From the IMG/VR virus record IMGVR_UViG_3300015050_000679, positions 1 through 44,005 of that record: 44,005 nucleotides of DNA; one strand, given 5' to 3'. Shown in pieces: positions 1 to 9,893 of this stretch (within the stretch, counting starts at the first letter, position 1; each line of letters begins with the position of its first letter). Both the position numbers and the translations under genes were made by a program. The stretch is from a virus. Lineage: Duplodnaviria > Caudoviricetes. Under the pieces are notes generated by a model. It saw only the letters and a list, made by a program, of their open reading frames with translations, made no database searches and was not told the origin of the DNA.

Positions 1-52
1 GGCGCACGATGATCGCTCTGCAAAGAAATCCAAGTATTGAAAACGCATTATC

Positions 53-466
53 ATGAATTCTCGCGGTCCACTTCCGCAACCAGATAGCCGTCGCGGACTC
101 AACGGCACGAACGGCGCAGCTGCCGAGTTTATTCAAGAACACGTCGAGTGTCCATCCTGGCTGCCGAAGAAAATGCGCGCCGATTTCACGGCGCTGATCG
201 ACAAGCAGCACGCCGCTGGCGTCGGCACGCGATCCGCTGACGCTGACATGTTCGCGCAGTATATCGTCCTACTGCACGACTTCCGAGCCGCGGACGATGC
301 CGAGGAGCGCCAGAAGGCGCGGCGCGTCATGGCGGGCCTAGAAGATCAGCTCGTGATAGGCGAGCGGGCGCGGCAGCGGGTGGGGATTCGCGGAAAGAAA
401 GTGCAGGCCAAAGGAAAGCTCGCGCTGATGCTTGAGCGTAAAAATGGCACCACGGGCGGAGAATAG
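53..466 (+). CDS. terS: Terminase small subunit (P27-like)
   Basis: RGPxP N-terminus, PSWL, DADMFAQY; immediately upstream of and overlapping terL. Confidence 0.8.
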   Translation: MNSRGPLPQPDSRRGLNGTNGAAAEFIQEHVECPSWLPKKMRADFTALIDKQHAAGVGTRSADADMFAQYIVLLHDFRAADDAEERQKARRVMAGLEDQLVIGERARQRVGIRGKKVQAKGKLALMLERKNGTTGGE

Positions 467-2039
467 CGAGATTTACTGGGACCAGCCGGCGGTTGATAAG
501 GCCGTAGACTTCATCGAGTGCCTGACGCTCACCAAGGCCACGAAATCCCAAAAGCCTGAGCCATTCACGCTTCTCCCGCACAGCAAAGAAATAGTCTCAC
601 AGGTCTACGGCTGGCGGTGGCGCAAGAATGGGCGCCGCGTGATTGAGAAGGTCTTCGCCTCATTCGGCCGCAAGCAAGCAAAGACGCAGACGGCGGCCGG
701 AATTGTAGTCTACGAGTTCTTCATGGGTGACGAGCCCATGCACGAGATATACTTTGCTGCCACGGCAGCGGAACAAGCCTCGCTATGCTATCGGGCGGTG
801 CTTGACATGATCCTGGCGGACCCGGAACTCTCCGCCCTCTGCAAGATCACCGACTCTATCCGGCGCATCGTCAACGTCGCCAACGGCAATGAGCTAAAGG
901 TTCTCAGCGCCGACGGGAAAAAGCAGCACGGGCTTAACCCATCGCTGACTGTCAGGGACGAGCTCCACGCTTGGGGACCACCGGAACAGGAGCTATCCGA
1001 CGCGCTGACAACCGGCTCGATGTCGAGGGCTAATCCGCTTGATATCATCGTCACCACCGCCGGCTCCGACATGGAAACGATTTGCGGGCGCGAATACGCC
1101 TACGCAAAGCGGGTTCTATCCGGTGACATCGACGATCCAAAGTATCTGCCGATCATCTACGAAGTTCCGCGCGAGGCGGACTGGACAGATCAAAACCTCT
1201 GGCCTTTAGCGCTACCGCTACTCAAGACTGGCCACCACGACCTAGAGCGATATCAGGCGGAGTTCAAGAAGGCGCAACTAGAGCCGTCCGAGCAAAACAA
1301 GTTCCGGCGCCTCTACCTCAACCAGTGGACCTCTGCGGAAACCCAGTGGATACCGCTGCAACAATGGGACGAATGCCTTGCTCACGTACCAGACGAAGAA
1401 CTTGACGGCGCAGACTGCTGGGCCGGGCTTGACCTCGGAACAACCGGCGATTTCACGGCTACCGCGCTGGTATTCAGGCTCCGCGATGGCCGCGTTGCTC
1501 TCCGCGTCTGGTGCTACGTACCAGACGAAACGCTTGACGAGCGGCAACGGCGCGACGGCATCAACTACCGCTACTGGACCGAGCGCGGCTGGATGCGAAC
1601 GACAGCCGGCAAAACGACCGATCAGGGCGAAGTGTTCCGGCATATCGCCGAACTCCACGCCCGATACCAGATCAAAACCCTAGCGTTTGACCGATGGCGC
1701 GCAAAGTACGTGGCCGAGAAGTGCGAGGAAATCGGCATCGCAATGATGGAGTTTGGGCAGGGCTACGCCTCCATGAGCCCGGCCATTGAACGGTTTGAAG
1801 ACCTCGTTTACAACCACCGTCTACTACAAGACGGTAACCTATGCCTGCGCTGGAACATGGATTGCGCGCAAGTCATGAACGACCCAGCAGGAAACAAAAA
1901 GATCGTGAAACCAAAGACTCACCAGAAGCAAAAACACGTTGACGCATCCGTGGCCTCGGTCATGGCGGTGGCGGCTATGTGCCTTGCTGACGTGGTGGAC
2001 GACCCGTATTCCAAGGGGCACACGGCGGTAACCATTTGA
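444..2039 (+). CDS. terL: Terminase large subunit
   Basis: Walker A-like GRKQAKT, Walker B DELH, TTAG coupling motif, GLDLG nuclease motif, FDRW, GQGYASMSP, C-terminal HVD; ATG 444 (ORF open from 432). Confidence 0.95.
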   Translation: MAPRAENSEIYWDQPAVDKAVDFIECLTLTKATKSQKPEPFTLLPHSKEIVSQVYGWRWRKNGRRVIEKVFASFGRKQAKTQTAAGIVVYEFFMGDEPMHEIYFAATAAEQASLCYRAVLDMILADPELSALCKITDSIRRIVNVANGNELKVLSADGKKQHGLNPSLTVRDELHAWGPPEQELSDALTTGSMSRANPLDIIVTTAGSDMETICGREYAYAKRVLSGDIDDPKYLPIIYEVPREADWTDQNLWPLALPLLKTGHHDLERYQAEFKKAQLEPSEQNKFRRLYLNQWTSAETQWIPLQQWDECLAHVPDEELDGADCWAGLDLGTTGDFTATALVFRLRDGRVALRVWCYVPDETLDERQRRDGINYRYWTERGWMRTTAGKTTDQGEVFRHIAELHARYQIKTLAFDRWRAKYVAEKCEEIGIAMMEFGQGYASMSPAIERFEDLVYNHRLLQDGNLCLRWNMDCAQVMNDPAGNKKIVKPKTHQKQKHVDASVASVMAVAAMCLADVVDDPYSKGHTAVTI

Positions 2040-3328
2040 TCGGATTTCTTCGCAAATCGGCCGAAGCAGCTGCCTCCCTCTGGTCGTCCGCGTGGTACTC
2101 GCGCAACGGATTCGCCCGCATGGCGCAGTTATTGGGCGGGGAGCGCACAGCCGCAGGCGAGATGATTAACGTCGAGCGCGCCATGCGTTGCGCTGCCGTG
2201 TACATCTGCACGCGCGCTGTCACTGAGCCGCTGGCGTCGATGCCACTTCCAATCCTGCGGAAGAACGGCGAGAATACCGAGATTCTCCGCAATGAGCCGC
2301 TGTGGAAGGCGTTTAATCAGCGGGCCAACAATTACCAGACGGCGAAGAACTTTCGCCGCGTCCTGAGCCATCACGCGCTGAACTACGGCGACGGGTTCGC
2401 CCGCATCGACCGCCGCGGTGCCGGGCCCGAGGCCGACGCCTACGCCTTCCATATCATCCACCCCTCAAACTTCGTCAAAAAAGACATCGTGCGCGGGGAT
2501 GCGGAGTATGTATTCCGCGACAGCAAAGGACTGGAAGAAGTCCTGAAAAATCATCAGGTCATGCACCTGATGAACTACAGCGACGACGGCTTGACCGGCA
2601 TCGGCGCGATTGAGTGTGCAAAAGAACCGATTGCACAGGCGCTGGCAATTGAAGCCTACGGTGCCACGTTCTTCGGGCGCGGCGGCCTAAAGGCTGGCTT
2701 GCTGAAAAAAGTGGTACCGTTTCGCACTGACGAGGACCGCAAACGGTTTGACAAGGATTGGCAAGAGAAGTACCGCCAGGGACGTGACGGCTTCCACAAA
2801 AACCTCTTGGTCGAGGGCGACTGGGACTACAAGCCCATTGGTTCCGATCCGACGGAGGCGCAGTTGGTCGAGGCACGCTCCGCCATGGTGCCTGAAATCG
2901 CCCGTTTCTACGGGCTGACCCCGCACCTTGCCGGCGACCTTAGCCGCGCGCATTTCGCCAACGTCGAGCACCTTTGGATTGAGTTCCTGAACATCACGGA
3001 AGCGCCGTGGATGGTTGCATGGGAGCAGGAGATTCACCGCGTAGTCTTGACTGAGCGCCAGCGCGACGCGGGCTACTACGCGAAGCACAACACCGCCTCT
3101 TTCATGCGGGGCGATTTCGAGGCTCGTATGCGGGCCTACGCCACGCTCCTGCAAAACGGCATAGCTTCCATCAATGAAACCCGCGCGCTCGAGGACTGGG
3201 ATCCAGTCCCAGGTGGCGAGGCGCATCACATTCAGTTGAATATGCAGACGGTTCCCGGTACCGGCGAGCCGACCGTAAGCGAACGGGCAACGCTCGTAAA
3301 AGTATCCGAAGGGAAGCCGAAGGCATGA
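2036..3328 (+). CDS. Portal protein, HK97 family
   Basis: AVYIC, YGDGFARI, EIARFYGL-P, F-NVE, RGD, SINETRALED-P-GG motifs; follows terL. Confidence 0.95.
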   Translation: MIGFLRKSAEAAASLWSSAWYSRNGFARMAQLLGGERTAAGEMINVERAMRCAAVYICTRAVTEPLASMPLPILRKNGENTEILRNEPLWKAFNQRANNYQTAKNFRRVLSHHALNYGDGFARIDRRGAGPEADAYAFHIIHPSNFVKKDIVRGDAEYVFRDSKGLEEVLKNHQVMHLMNYSDDGLTGIGAIECAKEPIAQALAIEAYGATFFGRGGLKAGLLKKVVPFRTDEDRKRFDKDWQEKYRQGRDGFHKNLLVEGDWDYKPIGSDPTEAQLVEARSAMVPEIARFYGLTPHLAGDLSRAHFANVEHLWIEFLNITEAPWMVAWEQEIHRVVLTERQRDAGYYAKHNTASFMRGDFEARMRAYATLLQNGIASINETRALEDWDPVPGGEAHHIQLNMQTVPGTGEPTVSERATLVKVSEGKPKA

Positions 3329-3939
3329 ATCAATATCTCGACTGTGAATTGAAAGAGATCGCCGAAGATGGCACCTTCCGCGGCATCGCGTCCGTCTACG
3401 GTGCCGAAGACCTTGGCGGGGATGTCATCAACAAGGGCGCATTCACCAAAACCATCCAGGAAAACCCGAACATCGTCATTCTGTGGCAGCACGACGCCCG
3501 CGAAGTCATCGGGACGGGCACGGTCAAGGAATGGCAGGGCAAGATCATGCTTGACGGCAAGCTAGACCTTGAAGACCCGATGGGCCAAAAAGCCTATAAA
3601 AAGCTCAAAAATCGCATGATTAAGGGCCTTTCTATCGGGTTTCAGGCCATCAAGATATCGTGGAAGGACATTGAGGGCCGCGCGGTGCGGCATATTGAGG
3701 AGTTGAAACTGTGGGAGGTGTCCGTAGTGACTTTCCCCATGCTGCCATCCGCCCAAGTCACCAGCGTAAAGAACGCCGACGAATTACAGCAGCGCATTGA
3801 CGCGCTGGAAACGAAATTGAAGGCACTGGAAGAGGCGAAGCCAGCCACTCCAGCCGCCGAGCCGCCTATCGAGCCGGTCGTTGACCACTCGCGGGTATCT
3901 CAAAAGCTCACCGAACTCCGCGAGCTTTTCAACCGCTAA
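3325..3939 (+). CDS. Prohead maturation protease, HK97 family
   Basis: F-G-AS-YG, LWQHD, GLSIGF, LWEVSVVTFP motifs. Confidence 0.95.
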   Translation: MNQYLDCELKEIAEDGTFRGIASVYGAEDLGGDVINKGAFTKTIQENPNIVILWQHDAREVIGTGTVKEWQGKIMLDGKLDLEDPMGQKAYKKLKNRMIKGLSIGFQAIKISWKDIEGRAVRHIEELKLWEVSVVTFPMLPSAQVTSVKNADELQQRIDALETKLKALEEAKPATPAAEPPIEPVVDHSRVSQKLTELRELFNR

Positions 3940-3990
3940 CCCTAGCGCATCCCGCGCCATGACATCCGCCACCGAGCGGAAGGAGAACGC

Positions 3991-5175
3991 ATGTCCCAAG
4001 AAATTGAACAGCAGCTTACGGGCCTTCAGAAAGATCTGACTGGCTTCATCGGCAAGTACGAGGCCGAGCGCAAGGAATTTGGCACCGCCACCAGCGAAAC
4101 CAAGGGCCTCATCGAGAAGATTCAGCAGCGCATTGACTCGCTGGATCAAAAGATGGTCCAGTTGCCGACGCGGCACGAAACGAAGACCCTCGTGGAAGCG
4201 CTAAAGGAGTCCGATGACCTCCAGCGGCTTATCCGTGACGGCAAGAAGGGTAACGCCCACGTCAAACTGGACGGCGCCGCCGCCGATGAGCTTTTGAGCG
4301 GCAAATCCACGATCACTTCGTCCACCGTCGGTTTTCCGACGGCCGGTGTGATGCCCGAGGAGCGCGGCCGGTACGTGCAGGAAGCCCGCAAGCCGCTTCG
4401 CATGCGTGATGTCATCCCGGCCCGCGGCACAGTTCTTCAGCAGATCAGCTGGCCGAAGGCGAGCATCACTGGCACGAAGGCATCTCCGGTCGCTGAAGCC
4501 GCGGCGAAACCGTTGAACACCTACGACCCGGCCATGGTTACCGAGCGGGTTAAGACCATCGCCACCTACTTCGACGCTGGCCGCCAGGTTCTCGAGGACT
4601 GGACGGAACTGGAAGGAATCCTCCGCAGCCTCGGATCCTACAAGGTCAACGCGGAAGAGGACACGCAGATCCTCTTCGGCGCCAACACGGGCGAGAATTT
4701 CAACGGCCTCACCACTCAGGCGCAGGCGTGGAGCCTTTCCTATCTGACGGCTGGCGACGGCTACAAGTATTTCGACATCGTGGCCGGTGCCATCAATCAG
4801 ATCGCCGACGATGACGAACTGGACCCCTCATTTGTGGTCGTCCATCCGACCGACTGGTGGAAGATGCGGCGCACGAAGGACAGCACGGGCCAATACATCC
4901 TCGGCAACCCGCAGGAAATGGTCGCGCCGTCGCTGTGGGGCCTGAACGTCATTCCGACCACACAGATGACGCAGGGCTACTTCGTCGTCGGCAATGGCAC
5001 CGCCCAGGGCGCCGAACTTCGCGACCGCATGGGCGTTGAGGTCATGATCTCGACGGAGCACGCGAGCAACTTCACTAGCAACCTCGTCACGATCCGCATT
5101 GAAAAGCGGTCCTGCCTTTGCGTGTATCGCCCGAACGCTTACGTGTACGGCGCCTTCACGCAGTCTCCCGCGTAG
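3991..5175 (+). CDS. Major capsid protein, HK97 fold
   Basis: N-terminal coiled delta domain, VAE--KP, ED-QILFG, HPTDW, KDSTGQYI, LWGLNV, F-SNLV-IR-E-R; AAGGAG RBS. Confidence 0.95.
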   Translation: MSQEIEQQLTGLQKDLTGFIGKYEAERKEFGTATSETKGLIEKIQQRIDSLDQKMVQLPTRHETKTLVEALKESDDLQRLIRDGKKGNAHVKLDGAAADELLSGKSTITSSTVGFPTAGVMPEERGRYVQEARKPLRMRDVIPARGTVLQQISWPKASITGTKASPVAEAAAKPLNTYDPAMVTERVKTIATYFDAGRQVLEDWTELEGILRSLGSYKVNAEEDTQILFGANTGENFNGLTTQAQAWSLSYLTAGDGYKYFDIVAGAINQIADDDELDPSFVVVHPTDWWKMRRTKDSTGQYILGNPQEMVAPSLWGLNVIPTTQMTQGYFVVGNGTAQGAELRDRMGVEVMISTEHASNFTSNLVTIRIEKRSCLCVYRPNAYVYGAFTQSPA

Positions 5176-5192
5176 TTCTCTCTCCTGACAAT

Positions 5193-5218
5193 GGGGCGGC
5201 TCTTCCGCCCCTATTTTT
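5193..5218 (+). terminator. Rho-independent terminator after the capsid gene
   Basis: GGGGCGG-ctctt-CCGCCCC followed by TATTTTT. Confidence 0.75.
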
Positions 5219-5220
5219 CC

Positions 5221-6009
5221 ATGGAACTCATCGCACAAAAACCGATTTACCTCGGAGGCGGAAACCGCGTGCTACCCGGCGAGCGGTTTTCCGTCCCGAG
5301 CCCCGCAATCGCCAACGATTTCGTCAGTTCCGGCCGTGCGTCATTCGCCGCATACGCCGCGCCAGTATCTACCACGCAAGCCGGGCTGGTTTCATGCATC
5401 ATGCCGACGAAAAACCGGCGAGAGTTTATTCCGCGCGCCATCGCGTGCTTTCTGGCGCAGACCTATCCACTGAAAGAACTGGTCATCCTCGACAACGGCG
5501 AGCCAATCGCCGATTTAGTGCCGAAAGACGACCGAATCCGGTACATGCGACTTAATTCGATGCAGCCGACCGGGCAACTCCGCAACTTCTGCTGCCAGAT
5601 GGCAAAAGGCGAGTTTATCGCCCACTGGGACGATGACGATTGGAGCCATCCGCTAAGGCTGGAGGAGCAAGTCGCCGCCATCGGAGAAAAACAGGCTACG
5701 GGCTATAATTCTATCCTTTTCGACGGTCCGCAGAACGAAGTCTACGTCTATGCCGGCGCGAAGAATTACGCTCTTGGCACATCGCTCTTGTATCGCCGCT
5801 CCTGGTGGGAGCAATCAAAGTTCGCGGCCTTGAAGGTTGGCGAGGATAACGACTTCGTGAAAAAAGCCACGCCGTTTATGAGTTTCGCCGATGGTACCGG
5901 GCGAATCGTAGCGCGAACGCACGCTACAAACACCTCGCCCCGGCAAACAAAAACCGCTGAGTGGAAAAAGGCAAGCGCCAGCGCGCTGCCGGAAGGATAC
6001 ACCCGTTGA
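5221..6009 (+). CDS. Family 2 glycosyltransferase with an extra N-terminal ~45-aa domain
   Basis: SCIMPTKNR, LAQTYP-ELVILDNG, AHWDDDD (DxD), GED; ATG 5221 chosen because 5191 lies in the terminator. Confidence 0.9.
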   Translation: MELIAQKPIYLGGGNRVLPGERFSVPSPAIANDFVSSGRASFAAYAAPVSTTQAGLVSCIMPTKNRREFIPRAIACFLAQTYPLKELVILDNGEPIADLVPKDDRIRYMRLNSMQPTGQLRNFCCQMAKGEFIAHWDDDDWSHPLRLEEQVAAIGEKQATGYNSILFDGPQNEVYVYAGAKNYALGTSLLYRRSWWEQSKFAALKVGEDNDFVKKATPFMSFADGTGRIVARTHATNTSPRQTKTAEWKKASASALPEGYTR

Positions 6010-6731
6010 GCGTCTGGTTCTGCATCCCTTCGAAAAAGCCCGCCGCCGAGGCTCAAGAGTGCGTTGATATGTGGCGCGCGATGGGCTATTCCGTCGCCCT
6101 CTGGCGCGATATCGGCGATGACCTCGTGGACTGTGATTACATCCGCTATGGCGAGTATCCAGGCTACGCCAAGGCCGTCAACGCGCTGGCTAAAGACGTG
6201 CTGGCCTACGATACGGCGTGCGATTGGATCGTGACGGGCGGCGACGATACGGAACCGGACCAGAACAAGCGAGCGGATGTGATTGCGGCTGAGTGCTTGG
6301 AGTATTTCAACACGCACATCACGCTGCTAATTCACTCAATCACCATCAATGGTACATACGGCGTCATGCAGCCAACGGGCGACCGCTGGGGCGCAGAGCG
6401 CGGCGGGACAGCCTACATCGACCGGATCGCCGGCTCTCCGTGGCTCGGGCGCGAGTGGTGCCTGCGAGCGCACAAGGGCGCCGGGCCGATTCATCCAGAC
6501 TTTTTTCACATGTTCGAGGACGAATGCCTCCGCGGCGCGGCGGTATCGCAAGGCGTTTACTGGGAGCGCCAGGACCTCATCCACTACCATCGCCATTGGG
6601 CGCGCGAAAAAGGGCATGGAGGCGTGCCGTGGTACCTCAAGACCGCCAACGGCCAGAGCCACTGGAACGAGGCAAAGGCAATCTTTGAGCGCATCAAGCG
6701 CGGCGGGTTTGCGGAGTGCTTGCCAGCGTGA
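6006..6731 (+). CDS. GT-A-fold (GT2-like) glycosyltransferase
   Basis: CIPS, GYAKAVN, WIVTGGDD, FFHMFEDE, HxH; TTG overlaps the previous stop. Confidence 0.7.
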   Translation: MSVWFCIPSKKPAAEAQECVDMWRAMGYSVALWRDIGDDLVDCDYIRYGEYPGYAKAVNALAKDVLAYDTACDWIVTGGDDTEPDQNKRADVIAAECLEYFNTHITLLIHSITINGTYGVMQPTGDRWGAERGGTAYIDRIAGSPWLGREWCLRAHKGAGPIHPDFFHMFEDECLRGAAVSQGVYWERQDLIHYHRHWAREKGHGGVPWYLKTANGQSHWNEAKAIFERIKRGGFAECLPA

Positions 6732-7519
6732 ATATCCTCGCAACCTTCGGCGGAAGTGCCTACGACCGTAGCACCGCAAAGACCGTCGAGCGCGCGCCGC
6801 GCATGGGTGCCGACCGGGTTCTGGTCTACGACGACAAGTGGCTCACTGAACAGCCACTATGGCAAGATTCGAGATTTCAGTACCTCCTGAAGCACCGCGG
6901 CGTAGGTAATCGCAACGGCGGCCGCGGGCTGGGCTGGTTCGCATGGAAGCCCTATGTCATCGCCGACGCTCTGAACCGCTGCGACGATGGCGACGTCGTT
7001 CTCTACCTCGACGCGGACACCTACCCAATAGCCGATTTCCGCATGTTATTCGACATTTGCCGACGCGACGGCGGGCAGATGGCTTTCATGGCGACCGGCG
7101 CGACGCAAGCCCTCCGCAATGGCGACTGGAACAAGCGAGATTGTATGATTGCGATGGGGATGGATGAGCCGGAGTGGCTCGATAAAGGCACCGCCGTAGC
7201 CCGGTTCATGCTGTTTCAAAAGGGCGCGGCGGGAGTGGCTGAATTTATCGAGGAGTGGCAGGAGTGGTGCCTCGATCCGATTTGTCAGACATTTGAGCCG
7301 TCTGTGTTGGCGCCGGATCATCCCGGCTTCCGGGAGCATCGGACAGAGCAGGCGATTTACACCAACCTCGTCCACCGCAAGGGCCTGAAACTCTACCGCG
7401 AGCCGTGCGAGTTTGGCGCGAAGTGCCAACAGGACTGGGATTTGTACCCGCAACTGTTCAGTCAAGTGTATGAGGGTGGCGTGAAGTCGCTGAACGGGAG
7501 CCGATTCCGAAATGTATAG
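6728..7519 (+). CDS. Putative GT-A glycosyltransferase
   Basis: RG-GW--WKPYVI, GDVVLYLDAD, FREHR-EQ motifs; GTG overlaps the previous stop. Confidence 0.75.
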   Translation: MNILATFGGSAYDRSTAKTVERAPRMGADRVLVYDDKWLTEQPLWQDSRFQYLLKHRGVGNRNGGRGLGWFAWKPYVIADALNRCDDGDVVLYLDADTYPIADFRMLFDICRRDGGQMAFMATGATQALRNGDWNKRDCMIAMGMDEPEWLDKGTAVARFMLFQKGAAGVAEFIEEWQEWCLDPICQTFEPSVLAPDHPGFREHRTEQAIYTNLVHRKGLKLYREPCEFGAKCQQDWDLYPQLFSQVYEGGVKSLNGSRFRNV

Positions 7520-8087
7520 CCAACACGGCGAAGATGAGCTGATCCTCAAGCACGTACCCGCCACCGGGCGCTTTCTCGACATCGGCGCGTTCTGGCCGAA
7601 GGATCTCAGTAACACCCGCCTCCTCTACGAGCGCGGCTGGTCCGGCGTGATGATTGAGCCATCGCCAGGGCCGATGCGCCGGCTGATCGACGCCTACGGT
7701 TACGACGAACGGATCACGCTGGTTCAGGCACTCATCGGCTCCGCTAACGGGCTTCGGCGCTTCGAGGTAACCGACGACGCGGTAAGCACCGATAACGCCG
7801 CTGTGCGGGCGCTGTGGGCCACGGAAGGGCAATATGTGGGGGCTGTCTATGTCCCTATGTTGACGCTGCACGATCTTATCAACCAGTTCGGCGGATTCGA
7901 CTTTGTGAACATCGATGCCGAAGGCGGCAGCGTGGCGCTATTCGATAAGCTACTGGCGACGCCGATGGTTCCCCGGTGCATCTGCGTCGAGCATGACGGC
8001 GATGTGGTGGCCGTCGAGCGCATGGCGCGCAAAGCTGGCTATCAGGTGGCGATCAGCAACGAGACTAATACGGTGGTGTATCGGTGA
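7512..8087 (+). CDS. FkbM-family SAM-dependent methyltransferase
   Basis: YSQHGED, FLDIGA, SNT--L---GWSGVMIEP, DFVNIDAEG, ICVE. Confidence 0.92.
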   Translation: MYSQHGEDELILKHVPATGRFLDIGAFWPKDLSNTRLLYERGWSGVMIEPSPGPMRRLIDAYGYDERITLVQALIGSANGLRRFEVTDDAVSTDNAAVRALWATEGQYVGAVYVPMLTLHDLINQFGGFDFVNIDAEGGSVALFDKLLATPMVPRCICVEHDGDVVAVERMARKAGYQVAISNETNTVVYR

Positions 8088-8938
8088 ACCTGACCGCGAT
8101 CATGCCCGCCCGCAATGAGGGGTGGGTGATCGGCCTTACCGCCCGCGCGGTGCTGATGTGGTGCGATTCGTTGATCGTCCTAAACCACGCGAGTGATGAC
8201 GACACGGGCGACATAATCGACGCCATCTCCAATGAGCATCCCGGCCGAGTGTTTGAAATGCGCGAATCTTCGCCGGAATGGCGCGAGATGCACCACCGCC
8301 AGTCACTCCTCGAAGCTGCGCGGGCCATGGGTGCCACTCACATCGCCCCGGTAGACGCCGACGAACTACTCAGCGCCAACCTAATCGACGGAATCCGCGG
8401 GCAAATAGAACGACTGGTGCCAGGCCAATTTAACGGAATCCCGATGAAGAATCTGCACCGCTCCATCAACCAGTACCGGGCGGATAACAGCCCGTTCGGC
8501 TCGCAAGCTGGCACCATGCTTGCCTTTGCCGACGCGCCACACGTAGCGTGGAAGCCCACGAACGGTTACGACCACCACCAACGCTCGCCGCACGGCTCTA
8601 AGATGGGCCATATGATCCGGTGCGAGGGTGGGCTTCTGCATCTACAGTTTGCGTCATGGCGGCGGCTTTTGGCGAAACACGCGGCCTATAAATGCATGGA
8701 GCGAGTCAAGTATCCAGCAAAGTCGGTTCAGCAGATCGACCAAACCTACAGTCTCGCGCCGAACGAAGCAGGGCTACGGCTGGCCGACGTACCGGCATCA
8801 TGGCTAGACCGATACGCACCGCTGATACACCACTTAGATCTCGACCGGGAGCCCTGGCACACGGGCGAAGTTCGGCGGCTGGTCGGTGAGTATGGCCGCA
8901 GCTATTTCGAGCCAATGAACCTTTTCGGAGTCGCATGA
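8084..8938 (+). CDS. Family 2-like glycosyltransferase
   Basis: ARNE, D-LIVL-H-SDDDT, PVDADE, LLHL. Confidence 0.85.
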   Translation: MNLTAIMPARNEGWVIGLTARAVLMWCDSLIVLNHASDDDTGDIIDAISNEHPGRVFEMRESSPEWREMHHRQSLLEAARAMGATHIAPVDADELLSANLIDGIRGQIERLVPGQFNGIPMKNLHRSINQYRADNSPFGSQAGTMLAFADAPHVAWKPTNGYDHHQRSPHGSKMGHMIRCEGGLLHLQFASWRRLLAKHAAYKCMERVKYPAKSVQQIDQTYSLAPNEAGLRLADVPASWLDRYAPLIHHLDLDREPWHTGEVRRLVGEYGRSYFEPMNLFGVA

Positions 8939-9519
8939 ACGCACGCCTAAAACTTACGGTATCCTCGCCGGTCCAGACCTTCACGGAACCTCTGTCAGTG
9001 TCAGAGGCCAAGGAGTTCTGCGAAATCCCGGCCGCCGATACCACGCGGGACACGCTCATCGGCGCACTAATCACCGCCGCGCGTGAAGTCGCGGAACTAC
9101 GCCAAGGCCGTGATCTCGTCGGCAAGCAGTGGGACTTGACCGCCGACTGCTTCCCGTGCGGTGCCTTCCAACTTCGCGAAAACCTTTCTTCGGTCGATCT
9201 CCTCCGCTACCGGGATTCGAGCGGCAGCTATACGACATTGACCGAAAACACGGATTACATCGTCGATACCTCCGATTTCCTCGTTACCCCGCCCTACGGG
9301 GAGAGCTGGCCGACGTTCACGGCGTGGCCGACGAGCGCGGTTCTACTGCGCTATACCGTCGCCCCGCCCGCCGTGGATACCCAAGTGTTGCTTGGTATGC
9401 GCTTCCTGATCTCCCAGTGGTACGTTAACCGGGTGCCCGCGGAACTCGGGGCATCCAACGTCCAACAGTATCCGTTCGCGCTGGGCCTTTTAGACCATGG
9501 CCGCGTGGAGCGTGTGTGA
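8935..9519 (+). CDS. Head-tail connector (gp6-like adaptor)
   Basis: EPLSVSEAK, DTLI-ALI-AARE-AE, LISQWY-NR motifs. Confidence 0.9.
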   Translation: MNARLKLTVSSPVQTFTEPLSVSEAKEFCEIPAADTTRDTLIGALITAAREVAELRQGRDLVGKQWDLTADCFPCGAFQLRENLSSVDLLRYRDSSGSYTTLTENTDYIVDTSDFLVTPPYGESWPTFTAWPTSAVLLRYTVAPPAVDTQVLLGMRFLISQWYVNRVPAELGASNVQQYPFALGLLDHGRVERV

Positions 9520-9893
9520 TGTTTGGGCGGCAAAAAAGCAAGCACAACCCCGGCAAGTTCCGCTGCTCATTGACGCTGCGGGCCTCCACTGGAGCGCAGG
9601 GTGAAGGCGGCGATTTCCAGCCGGATTGGACATCCTCGCCCGCCATTGGTGTCGCCGTCCATGGCTGCTGGCGGCAAGCTACGCAACGCGAAAGCGTGAT
9701 GGACGGCGGCAAGTATTCCGGTGCCTCTGGCGTTTGGGAGGTGCCATGGGTGCCGAATATAACGACCGAGCACCGGGTGGAATTTGGCGCGCGGCTATAT
9801 CGAATTGTGGGCATTGAGAATCTGGACGAGCGAAACCGGGAGTTACATCTCTACTGCGTCGAAGATGAGGGCGCGCGTGGGGTGAACGGATGA
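9516..9893 (+). CDS. Head closure / head-tail adaptor
   Basis: PGK-R--LTL, RE, I--EHRV-F--R-Y-I--I-N-DERNREL-LYC. Confidence 0.88.
   Translation: MMFGRQKSKHNPGKFRCSLTLRASTGAQGEGGDFQPDWTSSPAIGVAVHGCWRQATQRESVMDGGKYSGASGVWEVPWVPNITTEHRVEFGARLYRIVGIENLDERNRELHLYCVEDEGARGVNG

Noticed and set aside
666-690. TerL Walker A variant RKQAKT as an inactivating change
   Set aside because: The catalytic Lys-Thr and all other motifs are intact; likely natural variation
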